Below, piece after piece: positions 12,138 to 25,023 of a DNA stretch of 64,000 nucleotides. Positions within the stretch are counted from its first letter, which is position 1, and the number at the start of each line of letters is the position of its first letter. The DNA is from Octopus sinensis (taxonomy: Eukaryota), in assembly GCF_006345805.1 (NCBI RefSeq), contig NW_021833026.1, forward strand, positions 372,001 to 436,000. The letters are read 5' to 3'. A model generated the notes under the pieces. That model was given only the letters and a program-made list of their open reading frames with translations, did not search any database and had not been told where the DNA came from. Both the position numbers and the translations under genes were made by a program.

Positions 12138-12261
12138 CACAACCAGAAGTAGGATTTTGGCTTCAGCGCGCATAAACCACTTGGAATAAATAATCAAAGA
12201 GACTTAGCTTTCATCTAATTGTAAAAAAGAGAATGCTAATTATTAAAAATAGTCGAATAAA

Positions 12262-12343
12262 GGCACTGTGACCGAGTGGTTAAGGTGATGGACTTGAAAT
12301 CCATTGGGCTATGCCCGCGCAGGTTCGAATCCTGCCAGTGTCG
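12262..12343 (+). tRNA. tRNA-Ser (anticodon TGA)
   Basis: 82 nt; acceptor stem ggcactg/cagtgtc, D arm, anticodon arm atgga-cttgaaa-tccat, long variable arm, T arm gcagg-ttcgaat-cctgc. Confidence 0.95.
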
Positions 12344-12584
12344 ATTTTGTTATTGTGATATGTAATAATTTGATTATCATTTTTGCTTGAACTAAATAAA
12401 GTCTGGTTAAAAAAAAATGATTAATATTTAGGTATATTTTAAGTGACATGATTAGATAAAAGCAAAAAAATTTGTAACCATATCTTCTGCTCTGCAATAA
12501 GTATAGCCTTAGGCGGTTTAGAAAGCTGCAAACCCATCGAGTTCAATCGGTGTGGTGTACATTTGTGTACATTATAATGGATAC

Positions 12585-12830
12585 CCCAATACTCACCTCG
12601 ATTGTTGTCCGGCACAACAAACCCGACATCGTGATCCACTATTAGTTCACCAAAGAGATCATTATCGTGAGATGGGGATTAAGTGCCTAGATCGTTTGCA
12701 TACAGTGGAAGTGGAGAAAAAGAAGAAGTATGACCTTTTAGCAAACGAGCTAGTGGTGATGCACTAAAGTCCATATCACTTCGTGTATTACAACATCGGA
12801 TGAACAGGTCATTAATACCACAAGAGGTAC
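12585..12830 (+). mobile_element. R4/Dong-type non-LTR retrotransposon REL endonuclease relic
   Basis: VVRHNKPDIVI and DRLHTVEVEKKKKYDLLANEL match the PD-(D/E)xK domain of R4/Dong-like elements; frameshifted. Confidence 0.65.
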
Positions 12831-13698
12831 AGATAGATCTCTACAGGTATATATGCAGTAACTGTTTTGACAATAGTTTGGGAAAGTATCTGTTTGATGG
12901 TCGTCGATCCAGTCCTTTCCTGACATTTAGTCAACAAGAGGCGTTGGACTTCACCTTCTTAGAGAAGAAGAGGAAGAAAGAAAGGAAGTTCGTCAAGTGC
13001 CACCCCTTTCTCACTTCGAAAGATCAGACCTTAGTTATGAAATTAGTTAATTAGTTTTTTATTGATGTCATCGTGCTTATATTCAAAACTTTGTCCATCT
13101 AATTGTTATCCACACTCTAAATAATATGGAATAATTTTTACATTCATCCTTATCTTCTAGTTCTTCAGTACAAGACCATACCCAAACCTTTTCTATTCTT
13201 GCTCCTGAAGTTTTCTAATAAGGTCATTTTCACATCAAACACAAATAAATCCGAATCTTAATAGATTTGGAAATAAAACATCATACTTCTTAATGTTTTT
13301 GTCAGAAATGGTCGAGTGTTCTCTTTCATTTATAAAATCATGAGTTTTTAATCTTTTTAGATCAACGCCAAATTGATAATTAAGAGATTCTTTGCGTGCC
13401 AATGTAAGTAGAAGTTGAATTTGGAGTTCATCAGTCAAATGGTTTTGTTACTTGGTTTTTATTTGCCTAAGTTTGTTAAATCAACGCCTTATTGGGACAC
13501 CCTCGGTATTTTGGGCACGTTGAATTTGTATTAGGAGTTTTTTTGTTTATTCTTTAAAGATAAACCCAGTTATGGGAGATAATATTATATTTTTAATGTG
13601 ATTCCGTTAAAATAAACAATCAATTATTTATTCTGCCAGACTACTCTTTTAAATTTCTATTTTTGGCCATTTGTGACAAATTTAAATTATTTGGCGTG

Positions 13699-15350
13699 TT
13701 TTTTTTGTGAAATAACAAATAAAATAGAGAAGTTAACTAATTTAGATGAGTCGCCGAGCGGATGGACAGGCATTTTCCACGTAATATCGCGAGCGATATC
13801 CGCTGTAAAAGCCAGCTCGTTTTGCGACTGTCGTGACTCCTCCTCGAGATGATTAAACTAATCTCTGAGAGGAGTTTGAGGGCTTTGGGTCCAATTATCC
13901 CACTGGTCTCGAAAGCCAGGGGAATGAAGCAGCAGGTATCGGTCAAAGAGGCATATTTTGCAGTTTTCCTAGATTCGGCAAGGGCAGATGCAGATCCAGG
14001 ACGGGAAGCGGAGTCAACCAACGATGATGAAGAAAATGAGTCTACGCAAGTAACATCCCACACGAGTTCCATTCCCTTCCTGAACGGGAATAAGGTCGAC
14101 CCGTCAGGGCGTTTTCCATCTCCACGGTCTAGTCCTATCGGTTCTAACATCGAGGGAAATCCAGCGGCGTCAAGCGCGCGCTTCACAACGTCATTCAATG
14201 AGGCGTGCCTGGGGATCCTGCCGGCACTGAGGCGACAAGAGAGAAGGTGTAAACCTCTCCTGTCAATGAGTTGTCCACATCTGCAATGGTGCGGCTGGCA
14301 AATCTCTATGCCAAGCCGTAAACAGATTCCGATGCGGACAGATTCGTCGTCCAGGAACATTCCAGCAGAGCCAATCGGCCGAGTGGGGTTGACAAGCACA
14401 ATTAATGCTTGCCAACTGAAATTGGTCAGCACGTAGGCGGATATCTTCGAGTACATGGGAACAATTCTTTTGAACTGGAGGGACGTCCGGGATTTTAAGC
14501 CCACGAGAAATCCACATGTTGACACCCGCCGTATATTCCAACAACTCGGGCTGTTCAGGGGAGGGGAAGAGAACAGAGTTGAAGGAACTAGCAGAGGCAG
14601 ACAACGAGGAAAGGTAACATGGGAGGGATAAATCAACACAAGAACGAATGCCGATGCCCCCGTAACGAATAGGTAAATTAACCCGTCGCATGTCTGAAGG
14701 TTTGAATTTGATATTTACGAGAAGCTCAAGAGCTTCGGAGACCATGTTGTCAAGACGAGACAAGTGATTTTGTTCGAGAAAGCAGGGCGATGAGCGCATG
14801 AGATAAGTTAGCTTCGGTATAAAGAGATAGTTCTTGAGCAAGAAAAGGCCTAAATGGGATTCAAGTTTAGAAATGCGGGAGATTAGAGTTTCGAGCCTGT
14901 CATATAAAGCCTTCTTAGTGGCCTTGCTATTGATTGGGAAACCCAGAATGATAAGGTCATCAAGCTGGGTGATGCCCAGGCCTTCAATATGATGAGATAA
15001 GGTGGAAAAAATAAGTTTGAATTCCGAAGGGCTTGCAGACAAGCATATCAGCTCGGATTTGGATCCATTCAAAGCGAGCCCAATGGAGGCAAAACCAGAA
15101 ATAATTTTTTCTATATCATTCCTGACAGTCTCCAAAGCTCCGCCGAGAGTAACATCATCGAGGTACCAAATGTTTACCTCGGAGGACAATTGGCGGGCAA
15201 TGTGATCAACACCGAGTGAGAATAAAAGGGGCCCAAGAGGGTCGCCTTGTTGAATACCAGTTTCGACATAATAACATTGTCGGCAAACAAGAGACAGCTG
15301 GGGAGGCGCAAGACAGATGGACGATCGGATATAAGGCAGAGAAACGAAAT
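13699..15350 (-). mobile_element. 5'-truncated CRE retrotransposon (copy D): RT core, CCHC finger and REL endonuclease
   Basis: GIQQGDPLGPLLFSL and WYLDD RT motifs; CRCG...GLHLLSC; KRPDG..VWDVTC; RISLAILRG; 8-A tail; one or more frameshifts. Confidence 0.92.
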
Positions 15351-15838
15351 CGGACAGTTTCAAGGATATGATCGCGCCGAATCGTGTATTTTATTCAGAT
15401 TGGTACATATTTCTTTAAAAAAAGCTTGAATGACAAGTTATAGTTGTAATACATAATTTTTTTTTATTTTCCTAAAAATAAAATTCATGAGTGACGTACA
15501 GATGATGTTCAAAAAATGTAATCAAATAAATAAAGAAAAAATCGAAGAAGCTGTCAAGGAAGTTATATTAATAAAAATATGCAAATCTACTAAGGTACTA
15601 GTTTCTACAAAAATGTGATGAAAGACGACATTTTTCAGCTTGCTCTAGAGATCTTTTGTTTTTAAACTAAAAAAAGTTAATTTTTTATGAATATTTAAAA
15701 ACCCTTTTATCTGATGCACTAGGTGCTTTGATTTCATAGATGCCATTCTTCATTTGATGTAATTAAAATCAAGATAATAAGATAATCAAAATAATCATTC
15801 ATATTAAATTTTCTTTTAATACGTTAGAATAAAAAAAC

Positions 15839-15910
15839 TGGAGATACTGGGAATCGAACCCAGGACCTCTCGCATGCTAAGCGAGCGTTATACCACTAAA
15901 CCATATCCCC
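15839..15910 (-). tRNA. tRNA-Ala (anticodon AGC)
   Basis: Reverse complement ggggatatggtttagtggtataacgctcgcttagcatgcgagaggtcctgggttcgattcccagtatctcca folds as a 72-nt cloverleaf. Confidence 0.95.
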
Positions 15911-17407
15911 GTCCTTTTGTTTTTGCTTTTTTCAGTCATGAGATACTTACATATAATACTGTATTTCTGAATATATCACTTTGCAGTTAATTTCCGTGGT
16001 TGTCAAAAAAAGCAGGTTGACCAAGTTCCTAGGAGACAAATGCTGATTATCCTCACTCCTGGAATCCTCTGGACACTACGGGTTGAGGATACGAATGTTA
16101 GATTTAAATAAAGTACTCTCGTGTATGTAGAGCAAATATGAATAAATTAAAATATCGACTATTGTGATCTTCTTAACAAATCAGGAAAACATAATCTTTA
16201 CACAACTTAATCTTTATTCTTTCATAATTAAAAAGCTTGATAAATTATAACCACAGTTGGTGTTAGATTATTGTCAAATTCTGAATGACAATTATTATTC
16301 CTGAACAGAAAATCAATTACAGGTATATAACTTTCAATTTGCTCGATGTCAATAAATGAACAAATTTAACTTTTATTTGAAATTTTCATCTCCGAATGTA
16401 AATGGGAGTGGAAATTTTGGTGATACAGTTTTTGACAGATCATATTTTGTAAAAAACAAATTGGAATATTTTCAACCGCGTAATGAAAAACTTGATTCAA
16501 AAACTAAAACAATTAACAAAGATACATGTTATATTTATAAAATAATCATAGTTATGAGGTCACACGACGCTGAGAGTATTGTTCGCGAAAGACTTTACAA
16601 ATCTCGACAGGACAGATTAGCTATTTTTAAAATGTTATATTAACTATTTTTTATTTCTAATTGTTTCAAAGTTTTAGTGACAGCCAAGATATTTTTGACG
16701 CATAATTAGATTAATAAAATTAATTTCAAATGATGCAGAATAAATAGATTTTAACAATAATTTCAATTTTAAAGTAAACCAAAAGTTTATAATTACAAAA
16801 ATAAGGTATCCACTACTTTTGGTCCTCCTTTATATGCACAAAATTAAAATGGAATGGAAAAAACTTGATAAAGTTTTCTTCTTGATTTTTAGTCTGGTGC
16901 ATCTGCCATAGCTTGTTTGCAAGATTCTCCTTTTTTTACTACCCCCACACGATTTATGCTGACCTTATCGTGGACCCTAACCTTATGGTACTGAACAAGG
17001 GTCAAAGTACTTATTATACTATTTCTCTAGTTCATTTATAACATTAGTCCTGTACGCAATTGAGGTATCTTTTGGGTTCTTAACTCTAATTTTCAAAGGA
17101 TCGTTGTAATATGAATATAACTCGCAAAATTGCATAAACAACGAAAGTTGATTATCCAAAAAGGACTTCTGTTAATCTAATATTATAGCAGTAATGCATA
17201 GTACTGCTGAAAGAAGGCTCTCTGAGAGTTTTAAGTCATTTTTCTAAAAATATTAATTAAGATTATTTTTATTGAATCTTGTTTTTGTCTACATTTACCT
17301 GGACGATATTTTCAAAAATGATCTGTACATGTTTAAATAAAAATAAAATTTATTCTCTTGTGTTGAAAAATCCCTCTTTTTTATAAAACAGAATATCAGA
17401 ACATTAG

Positions 17408-17880
17408 TACAGTGCAACCTCCATCTGAGGCGGACCTCTTCATTGGGGCACATCTATTTTGGAGGTACCTTCAAGTTTTTGGAGAGTTTAAAAATTAGGT
17501 CATTTTTATACAGAAATTTTCAAATTTGGAAATTGAAAAACTTAATTTTTATATAAAGTTTTGCACTTCATATAGTCTTTTTGCTTGACAACGCAAGTTG
17601 TTACAAGAATAATCATAAAGAATTGGCAACAAATACACTGAATTAGTTAAAAATTGATGAATGCCGTTTTCAAACTCTCTCAAAAAATGAAGTAGAAAAT
17701 GATAACGAGAATATACGAATGAGTAAAATTTACCAATTCTCATTTGGAAACATTTGTTTCCAGAAGCTTTGAAAGATAATTATAATTTCAGGAAAACATT
17801 AAAAATGCAAATGAATAAAATCCGCAACCGAAGGGCATTTTTTAAATAGATGCCCCAATAGAGATGTATTAAGAATTGAA
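17408..17880. mobile_element. pogo/Tigger non-autonomous relic
   Basis: tacagtgcaacctc terminus; inverted subterminal attgggg(ca)catctattt motif near 17435 and 17850; FKASG-like CENP-B remnant on the minus strand. Confidence 0.4.
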
Positions 17881-18017
17881 TAAATCAAAATTTATGATAA
17901 CGACAAATAAATCAATGATATTTAGTCAATGCATGCATAACTTATATTCCTTGTTTCAATACACACAGTCCATTCAAAAAAACATTTTAACCGAAAATAA
18001 AGAAAAGTAAAAAAAAA

Positions 18018-19040
18018 TTATAGCACAACTCCACCATCGAGAAAGCCATCCAACAAACTATCAAAATGTTCAACCCATTCATCCCCCTCCAAGACCTCAT
18101 AAGACCCAAGTATATCATCTCCACTCACACCCCCAATAGCATACAACCGTCCCTTTACATCCACCAACGTCAACTACAACTACTACAACATGAAATCAAC
18201 ATTTGCTCTCGGAGACTCCAATAATGGGCCACTACGCCACGAATCGGTCTCCACATTGTATATATAAACATCACTAACTTCCTCCTCCCCATATTTCCCA
18301 TATCCGTTTCCCCCCACCATGTAAATCTCGCCAGACCGGACTGCACAGCGGAGCCACTCAGAGGTTTAGGGGACTCGGCAATTGGACTCCACACATTGGT
18401 CTCAATCTCATATTTGGCACAGCCTTGGGGTACAAAAGCAAGGATAAACTTGAGACAATTCCTCCGACAGTCCTTCCCCCAAAAATATAAATAAATTTGT
18501 CATAGACGACGGAAGAAAAGTCCCACCGAGCGTCGGGCATGGGAGATAAAGTGTCCCAAATCCACTTCCCGTCGTCAAAACATCAAAAAATATCAAGAAA
18601 ACCCCAAACATGTATAGATTTGAAATCGGGGGATCATTTTCGTGTGTCTTTCCTCCCATGACGTACAAATTCGTTCCAGTCGAACACATTTGGAACATTG
18701 AGAGTGGCTGAGGGAGCACTCCACAGTCATAGCGGACTGTGTTTGTATCACAATCAAATCTACAGATGACCAGAGTGAAATAAACAAATGAATCGAATCT
18801 CTACTTTGGCCAGAAACACAGACGCTATCTCCACAGAGGTTACCCCCGGCAATTACAACTCGGCTTCCAAGACGGGCTACTTTGAAAAAACGAAGGGGAT
18901 CTGTCAGTTGGCACACTTCCTTCCATTCCTTTGTGTCGAGGTCATGAGTAATGATGTGCCTATCATCGTCCCCGACTGGCGATTAATAATAAAATTAAAC
19001 TTAGGAGTAGTTTTGAGTTTGTGGGCAAAGAAGAATTCAT
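18018..19040 (-). CDS. Kelch-repeat (beta-propeller) protein
   Basis: Repeated GG kelch motifs (VVIAGGN, LYVMGGK, IYIFGGR, LYAIGGV); first intron 25 nt (gtttaa...cgccag). Confidence 0.8.
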
Positions 19041-20299
19041 TCTTTTAAATATTTTATTGAAAATCTATAATTTTTCATTAGTTATAAATTAGTTATGAAG
19101 TGTGAGAAATGATATACAATACGTTGTATTGACGGCATTTAATAATATTTATTTTTATGCAATTTTAAATTAATAAATATTATTTTAACACAATTAAGGA
19201 TTGTGATAAAGTATCCTGGGTTGTGCCGGAGTTAACATAGATCACGCCGGTCTCCGTCTTATGTGAGAACAATTTGTGTCTTTCTGTGATGCAAAATATT
19301 TAGTTCTTTCGAAATTTGACCATGTTTTCTCAATTTTTACTACTTCAATTGTAACTTATCCAACTTACAGGAGAAATATATTGCTGTTCTTTTTGAACAT
19401 AAATAGGTCAGGGTGTTAATAATTGTATCCTTTCTGTTCTTCCTTTTATTTCAACACATTCATTCGTAATTATTGATTAAAAAGATTAAGCCTTTTGTAG
19501 ATCCAAATTAGCGACAAAAGTGCAAATGATGGCACTTTTTAATCTTTTTATGCTTTCTAAAAAATTCTCCGCTAAGCATCTCTCCAACATTTTTTCACAC
19601 AATGGTCAGTGTTTTCCTTGGCAAAAGCCACATAGCGTATCTGAAAAAAGAAGATTTCTGTCTTACGAAAACAAAACAAGAAAAATATTGACTGAGTTTA
19701 GTTGGAATTAGCCTGTTGTTAAATCACTTTAGTGGAGATTCTTTTCAGAATTTGTATTCTTATAATAATGCCACCCTGGTCTTCAAATACTTTGATATAT
19801 CCATCAAATCCGTCTAGCAGAAATCAAAGCTAAGCTGGTGGAAAACTTTTCAAGATTTTTTCCAACCCGATAGATTAAAAATACAGTTTGACTCTTGCCC
19901 CAATAGAAATCTGGCCCAAATACAGAGGGTATGATGATTTATACCTTTTTCCAACTTTTTCTTTAATTTCTTTATATAAAATAGCATTTAAAAATCAAAA
20001 AATCCATTTTATTGTCAATTAAAGAAGTAATTGCTAATTTTCCCGCCAATATGACATTTTTTTCTCAATTTCTCGCAGACGTTCATTTTAAAAACATAAT
20101 ATTCACTAAGTGTTCGGGACATACATTGAACAATGAATTTTCTGAAATATTCATCATATTCATCGTGTCTTTGATGTTATAATTCACAATTTCAGTATCA
20201 CACCCATCATATAATTGAGAGTCATTTTCAGTTACATCAAGTTCTATTTGCATTACATCTGAACTCCAAAAGTTCAAATTAATTTTTCATTCTTAATAG

Positions 20300-20600
20300 A
20301 ACAGTATAGACGGATTGTTATTTTTCTTTACAGATTTTTCTACCCAAGCAATTTTCATCTTTAGTGACAAATGATTTATTCTGATGCTTTTTGATGAAAA
20401 GGCAGGTTTCGTCACAATTAAAAACGTCTTCCATGTTGAACTTATTCATACAGTCATCATACTTTTCGTAAAATTTTTCGCAATATTTCTGACAATTTTT
20501 TTAATTACACATCCGGAAATTGAAATTCAATTTTGCCTCAGATGTTCCCGAAAAGTTCAAAAACCAGACAATCGAATTTCAACGATAGATCTGATTCATA
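20300..20600 (-). mobile_element. Tigger DDE domain fragment
   Basis: EDVFNCDETCLFIKKHQNKSFVTKDENCLGRKSVK resembles IFNADETGLF...GEKC.GGKKSK. Confidence 0.65.
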
Positions 20601-20999
20601 GTATTTGTAGGACTACGTCAAGAATAGGATTATTTAAAAAAAATGCCACAATAAGCAGGGTCGATAATTTTTTAATTTAGTATTCTATTGGTAGGAAATT
20701 AAATAAACTGCTATAAAATGGACTATAGAAATAAAAGTGCCCCAAATATAGTTCAGAATCAAAAGATATTTGTTAGAGAGCAAATACCACAAATTATATC
20801 ACATGTGTCTGCATTGTCGTGTTTAACTCTCATTTTCTATTAAGTAATCTGATGACCTGAACATTCCGTTCCGAAGTTTCAAGAAGTTGCAAAAGCTTTC
20901 CCGATGTCCATCTAAACACCAAATAAAGCATTTTTATTTACTTCATTCAATGACTATTTAATTCTCTGACAGCAAATTGAACTCTTCTACATAGCTCGA

Positions 21000-23020
21000 G
21001 AGTTCTTAATTGATGTACTTGTTAACAACTTATATAATGATAAAATGCATTTAATAAAGCGTAGATCTCAAAGAAATTGAATATGTAAGATTTCGGAATG
21101 AGGTAAAATAGTCCCAGATTTACTACAATTTTTTTTCCAGAATTTTAATTTCGTTTTATATGTTTACTGAGATTCTTGACCTTACTTCTGCTTTTTTCTT
21201 TTTATACCCGACAATGGATAATAAACGACAGGCCATCAGTTTATCCTTAAAGACACATTTTCATAAATAACTTTTCAATGATTGCAGAATGGGATTTCCA
21301 TTTTTCGATTTTTTACATTTATCTTTCTCATTTAGATAATTGAGCTTTCTTCAAAGTCATCTTTTGATAATCCAAGTGGCTCGAATAAATAATACACCCC
21401 TCGACATAAATATTGGTGAATCTTCAACTTACTTCATTCATACAAAGAATGATTTTATTTTTCTTCAGATATATTTTAAAATCTGATAAAATTGATAAAA
21501 ATTAATTTAATTATTTAAATTTTGAAATTTTGTCTAAGAAATTTGGAAAAAACACGACTTCATTGGCATAAAATTTGGTTATTGTGAGATTAATATGTAG
21601 AATAACCTCCTTTTGCCGAATAGATCTCCCAACACCTTTTTTTCATTGACTCAACTAATTTTTCAAGTGTTTTTGATGGAATAGAATTCCAAATATCTAA
21701 TAGATTTTCAATCATAATTTACCTTTTCCAAATTTGATAGTTCGAGTAATATTTTCGAATTTATTCATTTCAAATTTTTTTCTATACACAATTTTTCTTT
21801 TTTGGATCGGTAATAATTCAAAAATACATTCATCAGAAAAGATTGTTGATCTAAAATCATGATCTGAAATTTGAAGAAATTTTTGGACGATCTCGAATCT
21901 GGAAACCATGTGTTTTTTTGTTAGAAGTGGTTTTTTCTTTGCAATTCTTCCGAAAATTCCATTTTTATTTAAATTTCGTATTATGGTTCGAGACAAGACA
22001 CGTGTTCCAGAAAACTTTTCTATTTCATTAGAGAGTTCAGAAGCAGTTAAAGATGAATTTTCCTCTGATGTGCGTACCAAATGATTAATTTGCACATTAT
22101 TCAAAATTGATAGTCTTCCAGAACCATGTTGGCGGTCATATGATCCAGTTTTATTGTATTTCTTGATAAAATTTACGACTGTTGAATATGGAACACCGGT
22201 TTCTTTAGAAATTTTAATATATGACATATTTAAGTCGTATAGCGCAATTATTTTCCCTTTCATAAACGAATCGAGAGTATTATATCTAAAATATTTTTTT
22301 ATTAAGATCAATCTCTAAATACTAGCAAATTTGACGGTTTAAATTTTATAACCAATTTTTATGTCACTAACCTAATTGCCGACATGCTTTAATTTCTTGC
22401 AATATTAAAATTTAAATCTATTTTAATTATAAATACAAAATAAATTATTTTTAGAAGATCTAAAGGATCTTAAAGTATGATTTATTCTTTTTAAATGAAA
22501 AAAAGCAGGAAAGATTAAATAACCAAATTTTTTGTCGAGGGGTGTACTGGATATTTCATCCATGGAACAAGATGAACTTTCTTTAATCATTGTCCAGTCA
22601 ACGATTTAAATTGTTCAGAATTGTAGAATTTACTTTTCAATGTTAGACATTTTTTATCCATAGAATCAGTGTGAGTTTTCTCTTTAGAAGATTGCGCCCT
22701 TTTTTAAAGATATACAAATTTATCAAATTCTTAAATAGTTTCGTTAACGAATAAAGTCGACTCGGCAATCAGTCCAAGGTTAACTGCTAAAAAAACTGAA
22801 GAACTTAAAATCTCAAAATACATTAACCTGTCGAACAAAGTGCTCTTTTCCCCAATCTCTCTAGAAACATCCTGACCCATGATCCAAAATACTCTGAAAC
22901 TTGTTCAGAAAACGTCAAAAGCCTCGGGAGAAGCAATACCTGTTCCAAATAATCTCCATTGCGATTCTGAGAGGCAACGTTTTCTCGATAATTACTAGTT
23001 CTAAATCAAGACTAACTTAA
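21000..23020 (-). pseudogene. Decayed intronless ORF (possibly gag-like) interrupted by the Tc1 element
   Basis: One frame with scattered stops runs from about 23020 through the Tc1 TA site (KYP|VLFIRATW) and on to about 21170; identity not established. Confidence 0.3.
21395..22544 (-). mobile_element. Tc1 transposon, internally deleted
   Basis: TIRs cacccctcgaca(t/a)aaa with TA duplications (21393-21394, 22545-22546). ORF 21712-22311 has paired HTH, GSGR, KKPLLT and IFSDE; C-terminal remnant LVESMKKRCWEIYSAKGG; middle of DDE lost. Confidence 0.92.
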
Positions 23021-23115
23021 TTTTATTAATTCGGCTTAGTTTCGTTAACTCCAAATTTGTGATTGAACCACAATTATGTTTGATCATTAGATTGAGAAGA
23101 CCCATTTAAATCTTC

Positions 23116-24181
23116 TTACCTTTTATAGAACAGTCCGTAACGCGACATCCTAAGAAAACAATCCTTATTGTGATAAGTCTCAATAAAATAAATCATGATA
23201 AATATTTAATAACAAATATTTCTGGTGGGTCAAACTTGATCAAAAAATTCCGAACCCTTTTATGTAAATCCTCACCAAGTTTCCGTCTACCACGACGATC
23301 AAAAAGCAAAGAAACAATCAAATCCCACTGCTTCTCCACCCCATAAACTCTCAACTCACACCACATCACTTCCTTCGCTGACATATTAAACATCTACAAT
23401 TCCCCATAAAAACAACTTTTTTAAATTCCTCTGCCGAAATACCAAAATCAGTGCCACTTTTTTGAGTTTGAAGACCATTTTTCAACATCCTTCCATACGT
23501 CCCACACACCGTATCATCTCCAACCAACTTCTTCAGATTATACAATTCCTATGATCAACCAAAAATCAAAACATATAAAAGATTCTTGGAATATTCCTCC
23601 ATCACGCTTATTTTTGGACTGTCAATGATTTCCCTGAGCGCTCCCATTAGCTCTTTGGTGTCCAAAATACACCACAAACACGAAATTAGATAAATCTATT
23701 CATAAATCATAACGAATCGTGCAACATTGGCTTCTTTGGACGATACTAGAGTCTCGATTTGATCCGCCACTTGTCTTTTGTCACAAAACTTTTTTATGTA
23801 ATCAAAATAGTGGAATGTGGCGGTTGGACGACAGGATAGCTTGTCATTGAGGACTGAAACGTGCACGTTTTTGTGGAGATATGCCAATAGAGAGGTCAGA
23901 TTGTCTCCGTCGTATTTGGCAGTTAGGGAATCAAGGAGGTTTATACAGGACTGGTAGTTAACGAATTTTCGGTACCACGGAGAGATTTTAGTGTTGGAAT
24001 TCTGAGTTGTGTCTAAATCATCAAAATCCCAGTCTTTCGATATTTTATGAGTATGGTTGTTTTCCTGAACAGCATGGACGTTATCGAGTTGGGATATATT
24101 TTCTTCTTTGTTCATATCCCGGATAATATCGTTGTATGTTAGTGTAGTGTCCCAAAAGTCATCATCACTCACATCAGACAT
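23116..24181 (-). CDS. VIPAS39: Spe-39/VIPAR (VPS33B-interacting) homolog; 3' end approximate
   Basis: Acidic D-D-D-F-W N-terminus; LLDSLTAKYDGDNLTSLLAYLHK resembles human [46 protein letters not shown] resembles [23 protein letters not shown]. Confidence 0.7.
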
Positions 24182-25023
24182 TAATTAAAATGATTTTTAA
24201 TTTTTTTAAAAAGTTCTATTTTTATAGATTTAAATAGAAAATTAATTTTTTATTTAAAATATAAGTCTACATCTACAAATTAATATTTTTAGTAAACTAC
24301 TAATATATGTAAACTCTGCCAAATAAGTCTCCCGATAAACATAGCCTACATTACATTTGCTTGTTGAATCAAAAAAATGTTTTAAGCTCATTATTTTCTA
24401 TTTCGATCAGATTAATAAATCATTTGGGAATATTATTTTTGTTAATTAGTCTATAAAATTAAATAAATTAATTTTTAATATTTTGTAACGTTTCCAGGGC
24501 CCTGTCATTTTCACTAGAAATCCATTATGTGTCGTGCAGCATTCGTTTCATTTCTAATCAGATTAGTAGAAAACTAATAAATCAAAAATAAAATTAGAAT
24601 ATTTGTCTTTTTAATAATATAGAATCAGTTATTAAAATGTAAAAACTAGATATTTCTCATCTGCCAAAACAGACTTTTTATCTCTATTTAAATGAGATAA
24701 AAAGTCTAAAAATATTGATTTACATATTGACCTTATAATGGACCAGTTTGTCAGTTATACGTAATCTATAAATCTTAAATTGATTTAGTTAACATTATTG
24801 ATTGAATGTGATAATTCATTGCACTTTATTAAGTGTAAAGTACTCATTTATACCTCAAGAGTGTATCCCAAATAATTTTTTTGAGGTAAAACTCAAAAAT
24901 ACAATTCAAAGTATAAAGTGAGTCATGATACTTATTAAGTACTTTTGTATCGATCTTTATGGGTATATATAAAGAAATTTGCCGATTTCTAAACCGCGTT
25001 TGCTATTGCGGCTGATTCTAAAA

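Noticed and set aside
13849-14436. 195-aa + strand ORF (also 51522-51971, 53538-53909, 56587-57048)
   Set aside because: Antisense or alternative frames of retrotransposon coding sequence; no independent motifs.
19205-19290. U1-like or SL-RNA-like sequence (gatcacg, aatttgtg)
   Set aside because: No ACUUACCUG 5' end, far too short for U1, and the motifs are short enough to occur by chance.
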